This document shows, in pieces, positions 27,469 to 36,733 of a stretch of DNA of 62,883 nucleotides; the stretch's first letter is position 1, and the number at the start of each line of letters is the position of its first letter. The notes beneath the pieces were generated by a model. It was not told the origin of the DNA and did no database searches. It worked only from the letters and a program-made list of their open reading frames with translations. Made by a program: the position numbers and the translations under genes. Source of the DNA: a virus; the IMG/VR virus record IMGVR_UViG_3300007640_000006, positions 1 to 62,883 of that record, one strand, 5' to 3'.

Positions 27469-29364
27469 CTATCCCCTCCTGCCATAGCCACGGCGCTGGG
27501 TCACGCCAACTTCGAGTTCCACACTGTCTACCGTCGCAAAAGTGGCGTCAGCCAACTCAAGCCGCACATTCCACGTCCGCCCAGCAACACCCTTTGCAAG
27601 CTCCGAGCGCTTCTGCGCGCTGTCGCCAATCATCCGATAAACCCGCTCCGGCCCATCATCAGCGCACAGTCTCAGGTAGCACTCGCCATCGGTACGCACC
27701 CCAACGAAAGCCATGGCCATGCGCTTCAGGTGAGCATCGCCATAGTCGGATGCGCCGAAGTCAACCAGAGCACTGATCACTTCTTCGCTTTCACCGCCCA
27801 GGCGGTACAGCCCATCCTTGCGCCAGGCATATGCTTGGCCATCGTCATAGGTGAAACCGAGAAAATCGAAGTCGCGATAGGTGGTCAGCGCGCCGGTCAT
27901 GAAATTGACCGCGTACTGCAGGGCCTGCTGGTGAGCAGCAAAGGATCTGGACAGCACCGCAACGCGCTCCATGGCGATCATTTCTATGATCGAGCCAATC
28001 TGCGCGTCATCAGCAAACGAAATGCCGTCCTCGGCAGCCATCTCGAGGACGATGATCATGTCCGCACTGCCGGCAGCTTCGAGCGAATCCAGAGCTACCA
28101 ACAGCAGCGCGCTCTCAAGCACGTGTAGTTCGGTCGCGATTATGGCGTCGCTGCCGTCGTATACCCCTGCATCCAGATACGGTACCTGGGTATACATGAC
28201 GGGTATGCACGGCATCGATACCGCCACCAGATTGAATGGCTGCTCACCGATGGCAGATCGAACCGGAAGCTCTGCGGAAAAACGCAGCGCCTCTCCCTGA
28301 GCGCCAACAGCGCTACACAGGACCGGCGGTGTCAGCCCAATGAAACTGGTCAGGAGTTCTTCGACACTTCCCAGCCTCGCGCTGAGCGATATTGCCGGTA
28401 GTTCCGACTTCACCCACTGCGCACTCGACTCAGTTCCGATAGCAGCGATCAGCCCTGGCAGTTCAGCCTCGAAGCGAATCGACCCAGTCACTGCAACCGC
28501 CGTTGCCTCCAGCCTGATACGAGGCATACGGATATCGACTGCCGTGTAGTCGGCAGTTTCACTGATCGCAGCCACCAGCCTGATAATGTCGCACTCAAAC
28601 GATATCGGAGATTCGGATGCAGCGATCTCTGGTGAGTCGACATAATCACCAACGCTGTACAGCAATGCCCCGCCGTAAATCTCCCCAGAAGAAGGCACCG
28701 CCGATGCGTAGACCTGCGCCCCGTTGACGCTGTAGGTCACGGCGCCGTTAAAACGCTTGACCTCGACAATGGCTTGGGCTGGAAGCGGCTGCGGTCCGTA
28801 TACCGCAATGCCGCTCTCGACAATGGTGTACTCGTCTCGCCTGGCAACCAGGCTATGCGTCATCGCGCCGATAACAGGCTCGTAGGTTCGACGGCTGAAC
28901 CCGATCTGCACACCAACCGGCGACGGCGGTAGCATCCCACGAAAGAACCCGATCGCGGGAACCTGGGCCAGGCTGCGAGCGCCTGCGCTCCATCCGGTGT
29001 TGTTTCCGTAATCGTAGCGTGACGGTGAGCCAGGCACTGCCGGAATAGCCGGATAGCAGACTTGGTCGCCAACCTTTGTAGGTGTGTAGGGGCTGTAACC
29101 GGATTGCCCACTTACGCTTGAGGCACCGGCGGCCAGCTGATTGTAAATCCCACTTGGGATATTCAGTTGCCCGCTCGACGTATAGTTACTGGTTGGCAGC
29201 GTCACATATGGCGATACCGCCTTCCCAGATCCACCACTGCTGCCACTGGCGAATGCGAAAGAACGCTGTGTCGAGCCGCCAACGCAGAATGCCGCTCTCC
29301 CTGGCACAGGAAGAACGGCCGGCACATAAATCAGCTTCTGCGTCCTGGCCAGACGATTTCCCAT
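27469..29364 (-). CDS. Hypothetical tail-module protein (631 aa)
   Basis: Track ORF, start coupled to the upstream stop. No recognisable catalytic motif. Confidence 0.65.
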   Translation of the reverse strand: MGNRLARTQKLIYVPAVLPVPGRAAFCVGGSTQRSFAFASGSSGGSGKAVSPYVTLPTSNYTSSGQLNIPSGIYNQLAAGASSVSGQSGYSPYTPTKVGDQVCYPAIPAVPGSPSRYDYGNNTGWSAGARSLAQVPAIGFFRGMLPPSPVGVQIGFSRRTYEPVIGAMTHSLVARRDEYTIVESGIAVYGPQPLPAQAIVEVKRFNGAVTYSVNGAQVYASAVPSSGEIYGGALLYSVGDYVDSPEIAASESPISFECDIIRLVAAISETADYTAVDIRMPRIRLEATAVAVTGSIRFEAELPGLIAAIGTESSAQWVKSELPAISLSARLGSVEELLTSFIGLTPPVLCSAVGAQGEALRFSAELPVRSAIGEQPFNLVAVSMPCIPVMYTQVPYLDAGVYDGSDAIIATELHVLESALLLVALDSLEAAGSADMIIVLEMAAEDGISFADDAQIGSIIEMIAMERVAVLSRSFAAHQQALQYAVNFMTGALTTYRDFDFLGFTYDDGQAYAWRKDGLYRLGGESEEVISALVDFGASDYGDAHLKRMAMAFVGVRTDGECYLRLCADDGPERVYRMIGDSAQKRSELAKGVAGRTWNVRLELADATFATVDSVELEVGVTQRRGYGRRG

Positions 29365-29804
29365 TACTGCTCCGGAATGGCGAGCTGGAACAGTTCGAAC
29401 GAAAGCGGCTGGCCGTTCACCAGTGGCAGCGTGGCAATAAACATGTCACTCCCAAGAACCCCCGCCGAACCTTGGAAGCGAACAGCAGAAGCACTGGCAT
29501 CACCTGCATCGCCACTCAACACATAGCGAAAGAAGGTAGGAGTACCATCAGCAGCATTGGTACCAACCCAGGTCTCGGCGACGTTCTTCACCAAAATTCC
29601 ACCGGGCGCAGTCGCCTCGAAGGTGACCGGCGTGCCGCTACCCCCAGCACTGATTTCGTTGAGCAACACGGCACCGCCGAGAGCCGCATCAGCGGATGCT
29701 GGAATAGCCCCCGAGTAGATTCGGATTAGGCCACCGTCCAAGGTTTCCTTGAGCGATCCAGTGATTGCAAGCGCCTGGCGCAATCCGGTACTGAGCTTGA
29801 TCAT
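29364..29804 (-). CDS. Hypothetical tail-module protein (146 aa)
   Basis: Track ORF, Gly/Ala-rich, beta-type composition. Confidence 0.6.
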   Translation of the reverse strand: MIKLSTGLRQALAITGSLKETLDGGLIRIYSGAIPASADAALGGAVLLNEISAGGSGTPVTFEATAPGGILVKNVAETWVGTNAADGTPTFFRYVLSGDAGDASASAVRFQGSAGVLGSDMFIATLPLVNGQPLSFELFQLAIPEQ

Positions 29805-29814
29805 GATCGTTCTC

Positions 29815-30333
29815 CTAGATCACGTTGGTGGGAATGTAGGTAAGCCCGCACACCAGCTTGGCTTCGAGCCCAACAGACAGTTGTTTGGCGGTAGAGAAGC
29901 GGACAACCGACAGCAGCAGCCCTGAGTTGGCGCCCTTGGTGGGGTTAGAAACGATGAACGAGCCGTAGACAGTGCGGTCGGCGGTCGGCGTGAAGACGGC
30001 TTTGGCATCGACGTTGTCGTAAGTACCAGCACCGTTGTAGCTACGCTGCCAGATCGGTCGAGTGGCTTCGCTGTACTCAACGAACTCCCCCATCACCGCA
30101 GGAATGTCCGCGGCCGAGGTATTCGCGTCGGCGAGGAAGTTGTTTCGGAACAGGCCGCAGTAGAAGTTCGGTACCGGGGCAACGTCGCCGAACGGGGTCT
30201 GAATGAGGAAATCGATACCAGCCTGCGGAATACGGTTGTACTTCACCTCACGGGCAACCAGCAGACCGGTTTCCTTGTCGTAGAGCTCCAGCTCATGGCG
30301 AAAGCCCAGTACTTTCAAATGGTCAGAGTGCAT
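29815..30333 (-). CDS. Hypothetical tail-module protein (172 aa)
   Basis: Track ORF that overlaps the upstream gene end by 11 nt. Confidence 0.6.
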   Translation of the reverse strand: MHSDHLKVLGFRHELELYDKETGLLVAREVKYNRIPQAGIDFLIQTPFGDVAPVPNFYCGLFRNNFLADANTSAADIPAVMGEFVEYSEATRPIWQRSYNGAGTYDNVDAKAVFTPTADRTVYGSFIVSNPTKGANSGLLLSVVRFSTAKQLSVGLEAKLVCGLTYIPTNVI

Positions 30334-31519
30334 CGCCTATCTCCAGATCAGCAAAGTCGCCCGTGGCGAGGTTGTTCGGTTTGGCTTCTCCACGCATGGT
30401 GGTCACCACCATCGGAATGCCGTTGTTTTCAAGCACGCCAGCAGCCCCCGAGCACGCAATGTCGGGCGCGTAGGTCTGGCGGTTAGGTAGGGAGATCTCG
30501 CCGGCCGAGTTGCCGATCGCCATCCCGTATCGGGTGAACCAAGCAACTCGCTTATCCGGAAGGCGTGCAGCAGACCCGCGCACAGCCTTCAAATCGAGCA
30601 CAGGCACCTGTCTCGGCGTGCCGGTATCGAGTCCGGTGACAAAGTAGGTGCGGTCAGCAACCACATAGACACCGCCCTCGGTCGGGGCTATGACGGTCGG
30701 TGGCTCCGGGTACTGCAAAAACCCTGTGACCGGGTCCATCAGGTGCGGGGTCATCGGAGCCGTGAAAACCACGTAGTTGCCGCACACGCCAACGAGCAGA
30801 GAATGGAATGCGGCCAGCATTGAGCAGGCAGGTAACGGCACAAGCCCTGAAGTAGTGAGCCTTGCGGTCTGGTCATCGACTCCAGTAACGGCCATTGCAC
30901 CGCCAATCAGCGGGCCCTGACTGTATAGAGTCGCGCCGTTGGCAGGGCTGAGGTAGACCCTTAGAGGCCTGGCGTCATCACTGATCACGCGAATGGCCTG
31001 CCCTTCCGCGAGCCTGAATATGACAGGCTCGACACCAGACTCTTCGCCGTCGGCGCCGAACGCTGTGACAGCAACCTTGTAGATTCCCGCTGGCAGCGCG
31101 CCCGCGATCAACTCAACGTCGAACCCTGGCGCCGGCACCGCCCATGGCTTAACCTCTCTGCCGTCCGTTCGCAAACTGTCGAACGCACCGCTCAGATAGA
31201 CCTGGCCATTGATGACAGCACCAGCAATGTCACCATCAGCAGCCATGCTGCCAATCACCTGGCTTGAGTCGGAATCGGCGTGGTAGCAGCCGATATCGCC
31301 GCCCTCGACGTACACGACCCGCCCCGGCAGCGAGACAGCCAGGCGCATATCGTCAGCAGCGAGCACACGCGCATGGCTCGCACGCATTTCAAGCTGGCCA
31401 CCCTCGGTAGGGTCGAGGTTCACCAACTCACGCACGAACCCAGCAGGCAGCCGCTCAGGTTTCGCGATGTTGTTCGCGCCCTTGGCCCAGTTGTCGGTGC
31501 GGGTAGTTGGGGCTGGCAT
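30323..31519 (-). CDS. Hypothetical tail-module protein (398 aa)
   Basis: Track ORF, first gene downstream of motif copy 5. Confidence 0.65.
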   Translation of the reverse strand: MPAPTTRTDNWAKGANNIAKPERLPAGFVRELVNLDPTEGGQLEMRASHARVLAADDMRLAVSLPGRVVYVEGGDIGCYHADSDSSQVIGSMAADGDIAGAVINGQVYLSGAFDSLRTDGREVKPWAVPAPGFDVELIAGALPAGIYKVAVTAFGADGEESGVEPVIFRLAEGQAIRVISDDARPLRVYLSPANGATLYSQGPLIGGAMAVTGVDDQTARLTTSGLVPLPACSMLAAFHSLLVGVCGNYVVFTAPMTPHLMDPVTGFLQYPEPPTVIAPTEGGVYVVADRTYFVTGLDTGTPRQVPVLDLKAVRGSAARLPDKRVAWFTRYGMAIGNSAGEISLPNRQTYAPDIACSGAAGVLENNGIPMVVTTMRGEAKPNNLATGDFADLEIGDAL

Positions 31520-31579
31520 GCAGCAGACTCAGGTCGGTTTCGATGACCAAAGTCTGCTTTCAAGGTTTAGTCCGGAGCG

Positions 31580-31597
31580 AACCCTACAGGGGGTCAG
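31580..31597 (-). promoter_or_regulatory. Late-operon conserved motif, copy 5 (CTGACCCCCTGTAGGGTT)
   Basis: Intergenic, 60 nt upstream of the ATG at 31519, immediately downstream (minus sense) of the hairpin copy at 31601-31623. Confidence 0.6.
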
Positions 31598-31600
31598 GAG

Positions 31601-31623
31601 GCGCACCCTCACTTCTGTGAGGG
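31601..31623. repeat. 23-nt direct repeat, copy 1 (gcgcaccctcacttctgtgaggg)
   Basis: Identical to 31784-31806. Only a 7-bp stem can form here. Confidence 0.9.
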
Positions 31624-31653
31624 CTACGGAATGTCACTGAATACTGACGAGCA

Positions 31654-31776
31654 ATGAGTTTCGCGCAATCAAAGGCCCCGCTTGAAGCAGAAGAAGGCGC
31701 GCTGCCTGAATACAACGAGTACTCCGTAATCTGCGAAGTCCTTTATTCCCTGGCTGCTCGCAACTTTCAGCAGTAG
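31654..31776 (+). CDS. Speculative 40-codon ORF on the opposite strand between the two hairpin repeats
   Basis: ATG...TAG encodes MSFAQSKAPLEAEEGALPEYNEYSVICEVLYSLAARNFQQ. No clear RBS. Reported only because the 183-bp unit looks like an insertion. Confidence 0.2.
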   Translation: MSFAQSKAPLEAEEGALPEYNEYSVICEVLYSLAARNFQQ

Positions 31777-31778
31777 AC

Positions 31779-31811
31779 CAAAAGCGCACCCTCACTTCTG
31801 TGAGGGTGCGC
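31779..31811 (-). terminator. Rho-independent terminator after the tailspike gene (contains 23-nt repeat copy 2)
   Basis: Minus sense: GCGCACCCTCAC-agaa-GTGAGGGTGCGC perfect 12-bp stem followed by TTTTGG. Confidence 0.7.
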
Positions 31812-31884
31812 GCCGTATACTACAAGCACAGCAGTCCGAGAATTAGACCTACAGACGTTGCAGAGTTCTGCATAGAATATCAGC

Positions 31885-33768
31885 CTAAGAAACAACGCGA
31901 AGAGTCATATCGAAGATTTCGACGGTAATCGCAGTAGTTTGTGATGGTCCGGCACCGGTAGCGATGCGCAGACTAAGAACCGTTGTACCCGAGGGCACAA
32001 CTATTCTGGGCGTACGCAGCACCCAATCGAAAAACTCGCCACTAGCTGGGGCTACTATCTCCCCGGCCTCCCCGCTGGTCCCGGCAAAGTCGCCGACTTC
32101 GCAATCCACTGCGTACAATATTCCGCCAGTATGTTCCGCTCGGATATCCAGCTGCAAGGCGCGGGCATTGGTTAGCCCACTGACTCTGACGGTAGCCAGA
32201 CCCTCCACGGTGGCACCTACCGGGATCGCGACAGCATCTTGCTTGAACACTATCTGGTGTCCGGCCCCGCCCGCAGTACCGGAAATCTGGATGCGGGTGC
32301 GATTTTTCGAGTTAGCGTAAGAACCCGGTACAGCCTGACTGGCTACATCACACACTACTGTAAGACCGCTGCCTGTCGCGTCTATGCGAGAGCCGGTAGC
32401 TATCTGGCCGGTACCTATGGCCACTGTACCGTCAGAACCAAACATGCACCCATTAGGCAGCAGATTGCCGTTAGGGTTGTTGGTGGCGTGGTAAGCGTTG
32501 CCCGCGTCGGTGAAGTTATCTGGCCTGGCCGGTTCCAGTGCAGAAAGCAGCGCACCCAGGCGCCGGCCGAGTATCGACGCGCCGTAAACTCCGGGGTGAA
32601 TACCATCCGGCAGGCACTTGGCGCGACCGCGACCGCTAGTATCCGTAAAATCGACGAAATCCGGGTTTGCGTCCAGCAGTTCGAAGCCGCGACGACGGAG
32701 TGACTCGGCCTGCAAGAAGTTGTTGATGGTCGACGCCTTCTGCCTGTGCGCTGTCGTGTAGGTGGTGGCTGGCCCTCTCGGGTAAATCTTGCCCAGCACG
32801 ACAAATATACCCGCCTCCTCGAAACGGTCCAGAATCTCGGTGAGGTTGTTGATCGTGTCTGCTACGGCGATGGACTGCGTTACGTCGTTGCCACCGATAG
32901 TGCCCACAGCAATGTGTGGTGCAGCGTCGATGACTGTCTGAATACGTGCCAGGAAATCTGCCGTGTTGTCGCCACCTACGCCGAAGTTCCACTCCTGCGG
33001 AAAGAAATAGCGTTGTTGGCAGAAGCGTAGAGCCCACGGTAGATATCCGTTGTCCTTTAGTCGCTCACGAGAACTGGAGCTGGAATTATTAGCAGTGACC
33101 GAATCACCAAAAACAGCGAGGCGTTTCAGTCCTCGCGGATTCACAACTACGTCTCCCGGTATACCCGGCTCAGGAACGCCGGCTATTTGGCCGAACTTAG
33201 TAATGGTCAAATACGCCTGACTAGAGGTGCCAAAGCGATTGTATAGAGTTATCGAGGAGCCTGACGAACTGACGCCCAACCGAATACTTATATTAGAAAT
33301 CTCTCCTACTGCCTGGAAAACGCACAGAAGGCTTATACCATTCCCAGAAGTAGCGCCAGTAGTTACTCGCGATATAGACATACCCAAGAAGACGCCATCA
33401 GCCCACGCAGTAAGTATCACAGACCCTGTCGCGCTTATCTGCATATAGGGGATATCGACATGAACTTGTACTGTCTGACCTACGAACGTATCAGCTGCAT
33501 GAGTAAATAATAAGTATCCGTCTGTGCTACTCGGTTCTGAAGTGGTATTAGGTATAACATCACTAATAGCCGTAGAACTGGATAAACTAGCACTAATTCG
33601 GGCTATCGAGACAAACCCGTCCGTAAGGTCATCCAGCGTAGCTAGCGTTCCATCTTTATCTGGCAGTGTGGTAGTTCGCGGCGCTGTTAACGACGCGGCG
33701 CTGATCGTCGCCCGACCTACGCTGAGCGACGTGCGCAAAGTACCTGCTAAGTCACTAAGCCAACGCAT
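31885..33768 (-). CDS. Tail spike/fibre with a central SGNH (GDSL) esterase domain
   Basis: N-terminus MRWLSDLAGTLR...TTTLPDKDGTLATLDDL (fibre-anchor style). SGNH blocks FGDSVT, GVGGDN, GGNDV and DGIHPG lie at about 32560-33090. The 5' part is visibly AT-richer. Confidence 0.75.
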   Translation of the reverse strand: MRWLSDLAGTLRTSLSVGRATISAASLTAPRTTTLPDKDGTLATLDDLTDGFVSIARISASLSSSTAISDVIPNTTSEPSSTDGYLLFTHAADTFVGQTVQVHVDIPYMQISATGSVILTAWADGVFLGMSISRVTTGATSGNGISLLCVFQAVGEISNISIRLGVSSSGSSITLYNRFGTSSQAYLTITKFGQIAGVPEPGIPGDVVVNPRGLKRLAVFGDSVTANNSSSSSRERLKDNGYLPWALRFCQQRYFFPQEWNFGVGGDNTADFLARIQTVIDAAPHIAVGTIGGNDVTQSIAVADTINNLTEILDRFEEAGIFVVLGKIYPRGPATTYTTAHRQKASTINNFLQAESLRRRGFELLDANPDFVDFTDTSGRGRAKCLPDGIHPGVYGASILGRRLGALLSALEPARPDNFTDAGNAYHATNNPNGNLLPNGCMFGSDGTVAIGTGQIATGSRIDATGSGLTVVCDVASQAVPGSYANSKNRTRIQISGTAGGAGHQIVFKQDAVAIPVGATVEGLATVRVSGLTNARALQLDIRAEHTGGILYAVDCEVGDFAGTSGEAGEIVAPASGEFFDWVLRTPRIVVPSGTTVLSLRIATGAGPSQTTAITVEIFDMTLRVVS

Positions 33769-33770
33769 AA

Positions 33771-34454
33771 TTAGCTCGGGATCACGTAGGAGACGAGCAT
33801 GCGCGCAGCACCCTGTGTTGCGCCGCCGGCCGAATAGGTAGCGATCAGATCCTGGGCGGTCGCTTCGGCTGCGGCGGCCGGGTCTACCTCAAACACAGTA
33901 CCAGCGGCAGCGGTCAGGTCGACCTGAGTGCTACCAAGGTAACGCGACAGTTCGCCGGTCACACCGATCGAGAGTGACGGAGCACCGTCGAACGGGGCAT
34001 CGATCACGATCGCAACCAGGCGCACCACCGCATCGGCTGGCAGCTGGAACATGGCTACAGTGCCGGTCGAGTTGAACGCCAGGTCTGTGGTGTCGGTGGC
34101 TTCGAGGTTGGTGGCCGCTGCAGACGACGCCCAGGACAGATTGCCGGCGCCGTCGGTCGTCAGCGCGAAACCTGCAGTACCGTAGTTCGCCGGCATCTTG
34201 AACGTCAGCGCCTGGGTCATGCCGGTATCGGGGCGACTGATGGTAAGCATCCAGTCATCACCAGCACCAGTAGCGTCTTCATTCAGCACAAGGCTATCGC
34301 CGCTGGCGGCGATGGTGCTGCCCACAAGGGGCGCATCGGCGTCGTCGGTTGCGTTGCGCGCGCGGATCTTGCCGCCCGTGCTCTTCAGTTGCAGGCCGCC
34401 CAGGCCGAGCCGGAACAGGTTGCTGAGCGTGCCGCGTAGATCGAGAAAGCGCAT
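33771..34454 (-). CDS. Tail fibre-like protein (227 aa)
   Basis: N-terminus MRFLDLRGTLSNLF parallels the MRWLSDLAGTL of the next gene. Gly/Ala/Thr-rich. Confidence 0.6.
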   Translation of the reverse strand: MRFLDLRGTLSNLFRLGLGGLQLKSTGGKIRARNATDDADAPLVGSTIAASGDSLVLNEDATGAGDDWMLTISRPDTGMTQALTFKMPANYGTAGFALTTDGAGNLSWASSAAATNLEATDTTDLAFNSTGTVAMFQLPADAVVRLVAIVIDAPFDGAPSLSIGVTGELSRYLGSTQVDLTAAAGTVFEVDPAAAAEATAQDLIATYSAGGATQGAARMLVSYVIPS

Positions 34455-34463
34455 GGTGATACC

Positions 34464-34925
34464 TCAGTTTAGGTTGAGCACAACGAAACCAGAGCCGGCC
34501 GTTGCGCCTGCACCTGGGGTGATTTCGAGATAGATGCCGGTGCCTGCGGCGAGCGAGGCACCTGGCGTTGATTCATAAGTAGCAGTGAAGTCAGGGGCCA
34601 CCTGATCGCTGTCGAGCAGCACCGCGCCGGCCTGCGTGCGGATACGCAGCGCAGCGCCATCGCCGTCGAATGGTGTGGCGACGATCAACTGCACGGACAC
34701 CAGCAGCGCAGAGTCAGGCAGTACATGCAGAAGGCGCGGAGAGGCATCGCCATACGCAAATGCAATCGGCGGCAGCACCTGGCCGCTCTCCCCTTTTGGC
34801 CCGCGCAGGCCTGCAGCGATGACTGCGCGTGGCGCCTTCTGGCGGACGGCAATCGGCCCTGGCCGCTTCTGTACAACGGCGACGGCAGAGCTGGTGCGCG
34901 CGGCGCGGGTGGCGATCGCTGTCAC
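34464..34925 (-). CDS. Tail fibre-associated protein with a short collagen-like triplet run (153 aa)
   Basis: GTG 34925 overlaps the upstream TGA (GTGA). Contains GLRGPKGESG. The track start 35027 lies inside the upstream gene. Confidence 0.55.
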   Translation of the reverse strand: MTAIATRAARTSSAVAVVQKRPGPIAVRQKAPRAVIAAGLRGPKGESGQVLPPIAFAYGDASPRLLHVLPDSALLVSVQLIVATPFDGDGAALRIRTQAGAVLLDSDQVAPDFTATYESTPGASLAAGTGIYLEITPGAGATAGSGFVVLNLN

Positions 34926-35533
34926 GTCGTCACCTCGCGCGTTACCTCGATCGGGCTGATGGCGGTCAGCTTGTAGACCTGGCCGCCCGGGGCGATGACT
35001 TCGGCCTCGTAGAAGCCCTTGCTCCAATCCAACGCCTCGGACTGCTCGGCGGTCATGGTCAGCACGAACTGGCTCAGCGCCACGTCGACGATGACTAGGC
35101 TATCTGGATCCTCGGCAGGGTCGCTGTCCCAGGTGTGCAGCAGGTCACCGCCAGGCTTGGTGCGCACCTGGGCGCGGCACCGCCAGCCCGTGATATCTGC
35201 TGGCTTCGGTACGATCAGCAGACCGGTACCTGAAAACGGACGCCAACAATGGGCGTTCACGCCGTTCAGTTCCAGGGTGTCGGCGTCGATGACTTTCGGG
35301 TAAACCCAATCATCTGCCGGCGTGTTCAGCTCGGCCGGAGTCTTCACGCACTCGATGCGCACCGGCCAGCCGTCCGGCACGCCATGGTTCTCGACAGTCA
35401 ACCGGGCCGGCGCCGTCTGCGGCATCGCAGTGATCACCGGGTACGGAGACATGAACTCTCCCTCGGCATACATGATGCCGAACTCGAAGGTCTCGCCTCG
35501 GTAGATGGTGATGGGGATTTCAGGCGCCGACAT
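34922..35533 (-). CDS. Hypothetical tail-module protein (203 aa)
   Basis: Track ORF, 10 nt after the upstream stop. Confidence 0.6.
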   Translation of the reverse strand: MSAPEIPITIYRGETFEFGIMYAEGEFMSPYPVITAMPQTAPARLTVENHGVPDGWPVRIECVKTPAELNTPADDWVYPKVIDADTLELNGVNAHCWRPFSGTGLLIVPKPADITGWRCRAQVRTKPGGDLLHTWDSDPAEDPDSLVIVDVALSQFVLTMTAEQSEALDWSKGFYEAEVIAPGGQVYKLTAISPIEVTREVTT

Positions 35534-35543
35534 GCCAGTCTCC

Positions 35544-36242
35544 TTACTCGCCGCTCAGGCGTTCCTTGAGTGCGTAGCCCATCAACGGCCACAGCTTGCC
35601 GATGGCGTTCTGGCGCGCGATCTTGCGGCCGATCTCGGCATCGAAGTTCTCCGGCGAAGCGCAGGCCGACTCACCGGTTACGGTGAAGCCGTTGCGCAGG
35701 TCGAGCACACAGAATGTCAGCAGGTTGAGCGCCTTCGCATAGCAACTGCCCTTACCACCACCAGCCAGGCATGCGCCATGCACACCGTCGCCAGCCGTGA
35801 AATAGTATTCACCGACGATGTTCGCCTCGATGTCAGCCGACGTGATGCGTGGCGCGGTAAGGCCCTTGGCCTGGATTTCCTGCTCGATGGCATCGCAGCC
35901 GACTTTGGCCAGTTGGTCGAACGCCTTGGTTGCAAGGCCAAGCGCACTTTCGGCAAGTTCAGTCTTAGCGGCCTGCCCCTTCTGGTACGGCATCCATTGC
36001 GCGTAGAAACTGCCGACAATCATGTCGCAGCCTTCCTGCACCAAGGGCACGCTGCACACGCTGAACTGTTCGCCGTTCTGATCCCAAACGGTGAGGTTCA
36101 CCATGGTGTCGCTGTGGACGTAGGCGATCACTGCAGCCAGTGGCTGCGTGGGGTTACCGAAAGCCAGCTTGCGGCCGGCCATGTAGTCAGCGGTCGGGAT
36201 GAAGTGCAGCACGCGGCCGACGGTGGGAGTGATACGGGTCAT
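35544..36242 (-). CDS. Phage protein with a C-terminal N4-Gp49/Sf6-gp66-like region
   Basis: ATG 36242 overlaps the Rz stop (ATGA). C-terminus FTVTGESACASPENFDAEIGRKIARQNAIGKLWPLMGYALKERL resembles that family. Confidence 0.55.
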   Translation of the reverse strand: MTRITPTVGRVLHFIPTADYMAGRKLAFGNPTQPLAAVIAYVHSDTMVNLTVWDQNGEQFSVCSVPLVQEGCDMIVGSFYAQWMPYQKGQAAKTELAESALGLATKAFDQLAKVGCDAIEQEIQAKGLTAPRITSADIEANIVGEYYFTAGDGVHGACLAGGGKGSCYAKALNLLTFCVLDLRNGFTVTGESACASPENFDAEIGRKIARQNAIGKLWPLMGYALKERLSGE

Positions 36243-36733
36243 TGTGGTGCTCCGATGATCTTGCACTGCCTGTGCAGGGATACGAGCTGCTCCTGCAGCT
36301 TCAGGATTTGGTCGCGCTGGACTTCGAGGCCGGCGACGAGGGCTGGATAAGCTCGTCGAGCAGCGGCTGTAAGTTCGGGGGCGCCTGCATCAGGCTCGCC
36401 GGCAGAGGCGGTGGCTCCGTCCACTCGCACTGCGGGGCAGGTGGCAGCGACTCGCAGCCCGCAAGTACCATCAGCGAGGCAGCGATACATAGCGTCGGCA
36501 TAGTCTTCGGCACGTTGTTTCCCCTTCAAGAAAGCGTCTTCGCGCGCGGCCTGGTCAGTTGCCATTTCGCGCTGTAGGCGGTTGGTGTTGCGCAGCGACT
36601 GGATCGCCGCTGCGCCCTGCTTGGCCAAGGTCACAGCGTTGTCACGCTCGAGCACCACGGTGTCGAGGCGCAGATAGAGCAGCGCCAGGGCGATGGCCAG
36701 GCCGGCGCAAGCGGCAACCAGGGCACGGATCAT
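36239..36733 (-). CDS. i-spanin (Rz-like)
   Basis: ATG 36733 overlaps the endolysin stop. N-terminal TM MIRALVAACAGLAIALALLYL, then a coiled-coil periplasmic region. Contains an embedded lipoprotein ORF. Confidence 0.75.
   Translation of the reverse strand: MIRALVAACAGLAIALALLYLRLDTVVLERDNAVTLAKQGAAAIQSLRNTNRLQREMATDQAAREDAFLKGKQRAEDYADAMYRCLADGTCGLRVAATCPAVRVDGATASAGEPDAGAPELTAAARRAYPALVAGLEVQRDQILKLQEQLVSLHRQCKIIGAPQ
36301..36513 (-). CDS. o-spanin (Rz1-like lipoprotein) fully embedded out of frame in Rz
   Basis: Lipobox LAGC in MPTLCIAASLMVLAGC. The mature part is Pro-rich (SLPPAPQCEWTEPPPLPASLMQAPPNLQP). The start could be 36513 or 36501. Confidence 0.7.
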   Translation of the reverse strand: MPKTMPTLCIAASLMVLAGCESLPPAPQCEWTEPPPLPASLMQAPPNLQPLLDELIQPSSPASKSSATKS

